Shown here piece by piece: positions 54,242-64,000 of a stretch of DNA of 64,000 nt. The notes beneath the pieces were generated by a model. The model was given only the letters and a program-made list of their open reading frames with translations, had not been told where the DNA came from and did not search any database. The stretch covers positions 11,532,001 through 11,596,000 of the forward strand of contig OX597814.1 in the NCBI GenBank assembly GCA_951406725.2, given 5' to 3'. The position numbers were made by a program, and so were the translations under genes. The DNA comes from Octopus vulgaris (Eukaryota). How positions within the stretch are numbered: position 1 is the first letter of the stretch; every line of letters begins with the position of its first letter.

Positions 54242-54279
54242 CTTTAAATTTTTCAGGCACAAAAGCCCTTCATCAGAAG
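54242..54279 (-). ncRNA. Minimal type-I hammerhead ribozyme motif, canonical core
   Basis: Minus strand: CUU-CUGAUGA-A-GGGC-UUUUGU-GCCU-GAAA-AAUU-UA-AAG; palindromic AAAUUU in place of stem III; stem I only 3 bp. Confidence 0.65.
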
Positions 54280-54310
54280 TGAATCGATTGAGGAAATGTA
54301 AGTTAACATA

Positions 54311-55142
54311 TTTCTTTACCACCCACAAGGGGGTAAACATAGGGAGCACAAACAAGGACAGACAAACGGATTAAGTCGATTACATCGACCCCAGTGCGTA
54401 ATTGCTACTTAATTTATCGACCCCGGAAGGATGAAAGGAAAGTCAACCTCGGCGGAATTTGAACTCACAACGTAGCGGCAGACGAAATACCTATTTCTAT
54501 TTCTTTACTACCTACAAGGGGCTAAACATAGAGGGGACAAACAAGGACAGACAAAGGCATTAAGTCGATTATATCGACCCCAGTGTGTAACTGGTACTTA
54601 ATTTATCGACCCCGAAAGGATGAAAGGCAAAGTCGACCTCGGCGGAATTTGAACTCACAACGTAGCGGCAGACGAAATACCTATTTCTATTTCTTTACTA
54701 CCCACAAGAAGCTAAACACAGAGGGGACCAAACAAGGACAGACAAACGGATTAAGTCGATTACATCGACCCCAGTGCGTAACTGGTACTTAATTTATCGA
54801 CCCCGAAAGGATGAAAGACAAAGTCGACTGCAGCGGAATTTGAACTCACAACGTAAACGACAGACGAAATACCTATTTCTATTTCTTTACGTAGCGGCAG
54901 ACGAAATACCTATTTCTTTACTACCCACAAAGGGCTAAACGCAGAGAGGACAAACGAGGACAGACAAACGGATTAAGTCGATTATATCGACCCCAGTGCG
55001 TAACTGGTACTTGTTTAATCGACCCCGAAAGGATGAAAGGCAAAGTCGACCTCGGCGGAATTTGAACTCAGAACGTAACGACAGACGAAATACCGCTAAG
55101 CATTTCGTCCGGCGTGCTAACGTTTCTGCCAGCTCGCCGCCT
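54311..55142 (-). mobile_element. Family A multimer head-(body-tail)4 with 16-bp TSD
   Basis: Four ~180-bp units and one head; aatgtaagttaacata at 54295-54310 and 55143-55158. Confidence 0.92.
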
Positions 55143-55559
55143 AATGTAAGTTAACATAGATCCTGCGGCAGTCAACAAAGCAGGATCTATCCATTGTAAG
55201 AAGCTCCTCTTCGCTATTTGTTATTTTACTTCTGTATCATAATGCTTCGAGCAAATTACAACTTTCTTCTTCGTTTTATTTTATTTTATTTTATTTTATT
55301 TTATTTTATTTTATTTTATTACTACTTCTACAGAATAATTCGGTTGATCAAAGTCTTAGCAAAACAATAACGACACAAATAAAACAATTCTATTGGCTTA
55401 AGAACACTTTGCTTCCTTTTCTTTGCTGGTTCTGGCAGCGCTTTTGTTCAAGAAAATGCTAACAATCATCATAGATAGACACAGATGCAGTTTCACTGTC
55501 AAAAAATATATTTATCTCTTCAACTTGTTTCGTTATTTGTTTGTTTTGTTTCTTTTTTC

Positions 55560-55678
<119 letters not shown>

Positions 55679-55808
55679 CTTTTTCCCTCTAACTACACGA
55701 GATTATGAAACAAAACAATAAATAGATTCAGAAGGTAAGTTATTGATATGAATTGAAAGTCAGGAATTAGTCCTTTTTAATATTATTATTATTGTTATTA
55801 TTATTATT

Positions 55809-55879
<71 letters not shown>

Positions 55880-55926
55880 CATCATCATCATCATCATCAT
55901 TATCATCATCATCATCGTCGTCGTCG

Positions 55927-56075
<149 letters not shown>

Positions 56076-56310
56076 GTTATCATCATCATCATTATTATTA
56101 TTATTATTATTATTACTATTATTATTATTATTATTCATTTCTGTTATTTCTGTCAATGTCCAACGAAGTATATTTTTTGCCTTTGTTTTGTGAATATTTT
56201 GTTTTACACTCCATCTCCTTTCTATATATCATATATTTACAGTAAAAAAAATCTCTTTTATTCCTATATACATATATAGTCTCTATTCTCATATATACTA
56301 CATATACATT

Positions 56311-56480
<170 letters not shown>

Positions 56481-56793
56481 AACGGTGTATAGATTTTCAG
56501 CTTATTTCCTCTTTTTCATTTTTTTTACCATTTTCCCTCACATTTCTTTTTTTTTTTTTTGCTTATCTCATCTCCATCTTGTATCAATATGCTAACAATG
56601 GAAACGATTAGTTCTTTATACTTACTTACCTTTTTTTATGTGATCGCTATAAATGTTCTTGTGGTGCTGGCTTTATTTTGGTTTTTTTATGTCTGTATAT
56701 TATGCGTATGTACGTTTGTACGTGCTGATGTATGTATGTATGTATGTACGTATGAATGAATGTATGAATGTATGTATGAATGTATGTATATAC

Positions 56794-56841
<48 letters not shown>

Positions 56842-56945
56842 GTGTGTGTGTGTACCGAGAGAGAGATAGAGAAAGCGCTGATCATTATCAACAGATCTTG
56901 ACACCCTAGCCGTTGGTCTCCATTTGCGTCATAACTCAAAAGAAT

Positions 56946-57000
<55 letters not shown>

Positions 57001-57179
57001 AACACATACAAACATACATACAGCTCACACACGCCCTGACACGGAAAAATACGCATGCACGCATGCACGCGTGAACAATATATTTGTATATTTGTAGCGT
57101 GTGTGTACGTTTGTTTGTTTTTCTGCGGGGGGGTAGGGTGTGGAGATAAATAAATATACAGACAGACAAACAGACAGAC

Positions 57180-57309
<130 letters not shown>

Positions 57310-57342
57310 AAGGATAGGTAGGTAGGTAGGTAGGTAGGTAGG

Positions 57343-57410
<68 letters not shown>

Positions 57411-57765
57411 TAGATAAAATATGTAGGCATTCCTAATGCATACATGTGTGAAGGATTCTTTTATTGGCGCAGAGGAGAGAGACATGAAAAAACAAGCAAT
57501 GATAATAATAATAATAATTATTATTATTATTATTACTATTATAACAATAAGAACGACAACAACAACAACAACAATAGCAATAAAAATCAAAGAACTGAAA
57601 GAACATCCATTGTATGTAGCGATTGCTACTCTAATAGTCAGTTGGTACTTGTACAGAGAAGATGGTCAGTAAAGTTTCTTAACAAAAAAATTAGCTATTT
57701 TGTTTTTATTTCCACTCAGCCAATAGTTTTGCTTGTGCTATTGTTGCTGCTGTTATTGGTGATGG

Positions 57766-58560
57766 TGGTGGTGATGGTGGTGGTGGTGGTGGTTGTGGTG
57801 GTGGTTGTGGTGGTGGTGGTGGTGGTGGTGGTGGTGGTGGTGGTGGTGGTGGTGGTGGTGGTGGTGGTGGTGGTGGTGGTGGTGGTGGTGGTGGTGGTTT
57901 TGGTGGTGGTGGTGGTTTTGGTGGTGGTGGTGGTGGTGGTTTTGGTGGTGGTGGTGGTGGTGGTGTTGGTGGTGGTTTTGGTGGTGGTGGTTTTGGTGGT
58001 GGTGGTGGTGGTGGTGGTGGTGGTGGTGGTGGTGGTGGTGGTGGTGGTGGTGGTGGTGGTGGTGGTGGTGGTGTTGGTGGTGGTGGTGGTGGTGGTGGTG
58101 GTGGTGGTTTTGGTGGTTTTGGTGGTGGTGGTGGTGGTGGTGTTGGTGGTGGTTTTGGTGGTGGTGGTGGTGGTGGTGGTGGTGGTGGTGGTGGTGGTGG
58201 TGGTTGGTGGTGGTGGTGGTGGTGGTGGTGGTGGTGGTGGTGGTGGTGGTGGTGGTGGTGGTGGTGGTGGTGGTGGTGGTGGTGGTTTTGGTGGTTTTGG
58301 TGGTGGTGTTGGTGGTGGTGTTGGTGGTGGTTTTGGTGGTGGTGGTTTTGGTGGTGGTGGTGGTGGTGGTGGTGGTGGTGGTGGTTTTGGTGGTGGTGGT
58401 GGTGGTGGTGGTGGTGGTGGTGGTGGTGGTGGTTTTGGTGGTGGTGGTGGTGGTGGTGGTGGTGGTGGTTTTGGTGGTTTTGGTGGTGGTGGTGGTGGTG
58501 GTGTTGGTGGTGGTTTTGGTGGTGGTGGTTTTGGTGGTGGTGGTGGTGGTGGTGGTGATG
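57766..58560 (+). repeat. ~800-bp (GGT)n tract with TTT/GTT interruptions
   Basis: Direct reading. Confidence 0.97.
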
Positions 58561-59487
58561 GTGATGTTGGTGGTGTTAGAAGTGCTGGCGGTGCAAGTGG
58601 TTGTATCGGTGTTAGTGGTGGCGTTGCTGGTTTCTGTTTCCGTCGCAGCTTGTTTTGCTTGTTTTGTGGGGTTGCCGAACGAAGTTTTATGTCCGCACTT
58701 ACGGTGTTTTATGGTAAGATTCAGATAAATTCTGAAATGCTTAGCCATCAAAACCAGTTTTTTTGTTGTTGCTGTTGTTGTTGTTGATCTTCTTCTTCTT
58801 CTTCTTCTTCTTCTTCTTCTTCTTCTTCTTCTTCTTCTTCTTCTTCTTCTTCTTCTTCTTCTTCTTCTTCTTCGTCTTCGTCTTCTTCGTCTTCTTCTTC
58901 ACGTTGACAATGTTGATGGTAACTTGACGGTGATGGCAAGTTAATCGTGATGATGATGAGGTAGAGGAGGAGGAAGAGGATGGTGGAGTAGTGGTGGCGC
59001 TGTTGCTGTTGTTGTTGTTGTTATTGGTGGTGGTGGTAGTGGTGGTGGTGCTGGTGGTGGTGCTGGTTTTGGTAATGATTCTGCTTTGCTGCAGTCTATG
59101 TTGATATTCTTCTTGTTCTTGTCCGTGAGTATTTTTTTGAGGAACATAATATAAAATGAATAACATTGAATGAGGCACACACACACACATACGCGCTCAC
59201 ATTCGCACACACACACGCACACACACTCACACACACTCACACACACTCACACTCACACACACTCACACATATACATATATGCACTAAAATATATATTGTT
59301 TACATATATATATATATATACATATATATATACGTATACGAGTGTACATATACGTGTGTACATATATGTATGTATATATATATTACATACACGCACTCAC
59401 ATACATATATATGTACGTATATGTGTGTGCTTATATATACATACACGTATAGACTTATATATCTATATATATAAATGTGCATATAAA

Positions 59488-59523
<36 letters not shown>

Positions 59524-59555
59524 TGTATGTATGTATATATGTATGTATATGTATG

Positions 59556-59587
<32 letters not shown>

Positions 59588-61063
59588 TGTATGTATGTAT
59601 GTATGTACGTATGTATGTATATAAAGTATCTGTGGTTGTCATTGTTGGTGTATTTTGCAGGAGGGGGTTAGACTTTTATTGTGGTGGGAAAGGAAACTTT
59701 TCTTTAAGAGGAGTTACGGAACAATTACAACTGGTACACTCCGCCGTATATTTTTTTCTTTGTTGGTGTAAATCAACATTAAACACGATCGTTATTTTTA
59801 TAATATATTTTTTTGTGTGTGAAGTTGGCTTTTCTTCTCAGTATCTATTAGCATTTTTTAGACTTTTTTTCTTTTTCTTGATTGTAAAGAAAAGAGAAAA
59901 TAAACCAAAGATTGTTCTTGATTATTCCTGCCAAAAAAAGAAAGGATGAATATAATTTTTTATTTCTTCCATTTGTTCGTTTAGCTTCCTTAAATCCTCG
60001 CCATAAAATATCATCTAACTCTTTTTACTTGGTGTTTGGTATTTATTAAAGGAAGAAAAGGAAGTCATATCATATCTCTCTCCATCCTCATACACCCGCC
60101 ACTATTAGTCTTATAGGTAATCAACCGTCCACCTATCACCACCGTCATCACAGTCCGTGCCACCACCAGCACCCCCATAACCATCACAGCCACTACCACC
60201 ACCACCACCACTACCACGACTACTACAACCACCACCGATATCACCATCACACTCACCACTTCCACCACCACTCCCACTAAAACCAACGCCTCCACCACCA
60301 CCACCACCACCACCACCACCACACCACAACCACCACCATGACAACCGTCATTACCACCGAAACCAACACCACCAGCAACAACACCGCCACCACAACCACC
60401 AAAACCAACGTCACCGCAACCACCACCACCACCAAAACCAACACTACCAACAACAACAAAAACATCACCACCACCACCACCGTCATCTATTGGCAACTAG
60501 CATCAATTATTGTTAGCAACATCACATCACCACCAGTTTCATCGCCACCACCACCACCACATTCATCACAGATACCACTATCATCGAGGATATAAATACC
60601 ACCACTACTATTACTATCATCACCACCACCACCACCACCACCACCAATATACCATCGGTACCATTACCATCACTACAACCACTATCACCACAGATACCAC
60701 TACCAACACCAACATCACCATCACCACCACCACTGCCATTCTATTACCACCACCACCAGCCTCCAACATCACCACCAGCAACACTACTACCACTACCGCC
60801 ATCACTATTACCACAGCCGCTACATCACAACCGATACCACTACTACCACCACCACCATTACCACCACTACCATTACCACCACTACCACTGCCAAAACATC
60901 CACCACCAACCATTCGCCATTACTAACATCACCAACGCGATAGTCGCCACCATCATCATTACTCTTACCGCAACCACCATTTCTCCTACCATTAGCATCA
61001 TAACAATCCACCGCCGCCACCGCCGCCACTATCACTGCTTGTCACAATAGTTTTTCATCATCC

Positions 61064-61097
<34 letters not shown>

Positions 61098-61587
61098 TGT
61101 CATCACCGTCATCCTTGTCATCATCGTTGTCATCATCATCATCGTCATCATCATCATAATCAACGTCGACATCGTCGTCGTCATTGTCATCACTAACACC
61201 GCCATCATCATCATCATCATCGTCATCATCATCATATCATCATCATCACAACCTCCAGCGCTGCCGCTACTACTACCACCACCACCGCCACCGCCACCAT
61301 CGCCGCCGCCGCCGCCGCCGCCAATGCTGCCAACAACGACAAACTTTACCATTTCGTGGAAAAGCAGACATTTTAATCTCTTTCTCTAACGCCATTTCAC
61401 TCTTATATTACATCGCATTATATGCGACATTTTTACGTATTGGAAACTGGCCAAAAGGGGCTTTGGTTTGGCATAGTGTTAACTTGGCTTTGCTTGAGGG
61501 TTTTACATTCTTTTCAGAAAAAAATAAGAAAGAAAGTAATCCATACCATTCCACGTAAAACACACGCTAGAGTATAAATACATGCAT

Positions 61588-61618
<31 letters not shown>

Positions 61619-62141
61619 CATAAATACATACATACATACATACATACATAAATACATACATATATACATAAATACATACATATATACATAAATACATACA
61701 TACATACATACATATATATATATAAATACATACATACATACATACATACATACATACATACATACATACATACATACATACATACATACATACATACATA
61801 CATACATACATACATACATACATACATACATACATACATACATACATACATACGTACGTACGTACGTACATATATATATATACATATTTTGGTACCAACC
61901 TTTGAAACACTCGACTGGGCTATTGAGAATTTTCACACCTGCAAACATCCTAACGTCAACAGCAAACTCACACACACACACACACATTTCCGATTGCAAT
62001 GCTTCCATAACGAATCCAGTCATATCTATGTGAAACATGCCACTAATTGGCTTGATAGAATTACACAGAACAGATGGTGAAGTTGTCTATTAACCGAGCA
62101 CGGAAGGTATCGACGAAATACATTCCCTGTTGTTCGGTAAT

Positions 62142-62552
62142 CCTATTTCTTTACTACCTACAAGGGGCTAAACACAGAGAGGACAAACAAGGACAGACAA
62201 ACGGATTTAGTCGATTATATCGACCCCAGTGCGTAACTGGTACTTATTTAATCGACCCCGAAAGGATGAAAGGCAAAGTCGACCTCGGCGGAATTTGAAC
62301 TCAGAAGGTAGCGTCAGACGAAATACCTATTTCTTTCCTACCCACAAGGGACTAAACACAGAGAGGACAAACAAAGATAGACAAACGGATTTAGTCGATT
62401 ATATCGACCCCAGTGCGTAACTGGTACTTATTTAATCAACCCCGAATGGATGAAAGGCAAAGTCGACCTCGGCGGAATTTGAACTCAGAAGGTAGCGGCA
62501 GACGAAATACCGCTAAGCATTTCGCCCGGTGTGCTAACGTTTCTGCCAGCTC
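62142..62552 (-). mobile_element. Family A dimer; another copy runs off the window at 63894-64000
   Basis: Two body-tail units plus a head. Confidence 0.88.
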
Positions 62553-62709
62553 GATTCCAAAGTATTCCAAAGTATCAACGAAGAAGTAGAACTGTAATAC
62601 TAAGAACAGACAAAACAACTGAGTATTCCACTGAGTTATCAGCAAGTTTTGATAATAACTCAGTAGATTGCTCATCTTGTCGTTCTTCACTTGCTTTACA
62701 TAATTGTCT

Positions 62710-62916
62710 GATGTATGTATTCTCATGCATACAGTGGCATGTCTAGGCATTCGCATATATATTTAAATGATAAACTTCTGGAAAGTTTTACGGATTTTTA
62801 CAGTTCCAGTGATGGCTTGGATCTGTAGTCTTCGAATCAGCTTTCTCCTTTCTCAAGATTGGTATTTAGGCAGCATGCTACATATCCCATTGCACCAATA
62901 ATTACAGGTATAAACC
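62710..62916 (-). mobile_element. Third fragment of the second RLE LINE family
   Basis: Reverse complement matches 19008-19200 (ggtttatacctgtaattattgg...ctgattcgaagactacagatccaagc...aaaactttccagaagt). Confidence 0.8.
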
Positions 62917-64000
62917 ATCCTAATGAGTGGGGTCATTATGTTTTTGTATATGGAATACTTAAAACACCGTTTATACACTTAATGTACCCCTGAAACTTCC
63001 GTAGATGATATCCTTTAATCCCGAATTTGTATATTTATCTTATACTCTCTTTTACTTGTTTCAGTCATTTGACTGCGGCCATGCTGGAGCGCCACCTTTA
63101 GTCGAGCAAATCGATCCCGGGACTTATTCTTTGTAAGCCTAGTACTTATTCTATCGCTCTCTTTTGCCGAACTGCTAAGTGACGGGGACATAAATACACC
63201 AGCATCGGTTGTCAAGCAATGCTAGGGGGACGAACACAGACACACAAACACACACATACATATATATATACATATATACGACGGGCTTCTTTCAGTTTCC
63301 GTCTATCAAACCCACTCACAAGGCTTTGGTCGGCCCGGGGCTATAGTAGAAGACACTTGCCCAAGATGCTCGGAACCATGTGGTTAGTAAGCGAGCTACT
63401 TACCACACAGCCACTCCTGCGCCTTATGTAATAATATTTACCAAATTTATTCACCTCTGAATTTTTAAATTTTGAACTCTCATACGATAACTCATATAAA
63501 CATCAAATTCTTAATCGATTGGAACATTTCATTTTGAAAGCCCTTACCTTCGATTTTTATCTCTATATTTGTCATTTCTCCATTCGGTATGTGAACCCAA
63601 CGTATATAATGCATAGTTATCACATATAACATTTACAAGTAATTTTATTCAATTATTTGTATAAATTTATATGTATATTGATTTCGTTGTGTGTTTTAAA
63701 TTATGTTTTGGAATTTGTATTGATTTCTTAGATGTGTTCCTTCTATAATTTCTCTTATCCTTTGATTTAGCTCGCAATGAGCGCTTCTTAATACAGCCCA
63801 TATATTGTGAAGTATACTTAAAAGCATACTTTATAAGAAAATTTAATTTTATACATATCATTATGTATGTATGTATATATATATATATATATAGTCGACC
63901 TCGGCGGAATTTGAACTCAGAACGTAGTGGCAGATGAAATACCTATTTCTTTACTACCCACAAGGGCCTAAACACAGAGAGGACAAACAAGGACAGACAA

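Noticed and set aside
57444-58787. 447-aa Val/Gly-rich ORF (and 14955-16265, 15478-16296, 21662-22477, 56700-57590, etc.)
   Set aside because: Stop-free translations of microsatellites; several overlapping frames are open and there is no domain content.

Overview
AT-rich, repeat-saturated animal DNA. The SINE repertoire and microsatellite load suggest an octopod cephalopod, which is an inference. I see no supportable host gene; almost all long ORFs in the track are translated microsatellites. The one real long ORF (29521-31419) is a 5'-truncated but uninterrupted R4/Dong-type non-LTR retrotransposon (RT, CCHC knuckle, RLE nuclease) inserted in a (TAA)n tract. That tract lies inside a tRNA-headed short element whose 3' part contains a canonical minimal hammerhead ribozyme (HHR). 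Reading by eye, the window holds about a dozen minimal type-I HHR-like motifs from several unrelated short repeat families of the Penelope-LTR kind. Three have canonical cores, three have a compensatory G3:C8 core swap, and the rest are variant or decayed. Also present: a second RLE-LINE family associated with (TACA)n, a Tx1/L1-like 3' fragment whose tail resembles that of a multimerising Meta-domain SINE, three mariner relics, two Helitron derivatives, four tRNA-SINE families and a 20-bp minisatellite. All calls come from manual reading; coordinates are approximate to a few bases and no ribozyme activity is demonstrated.
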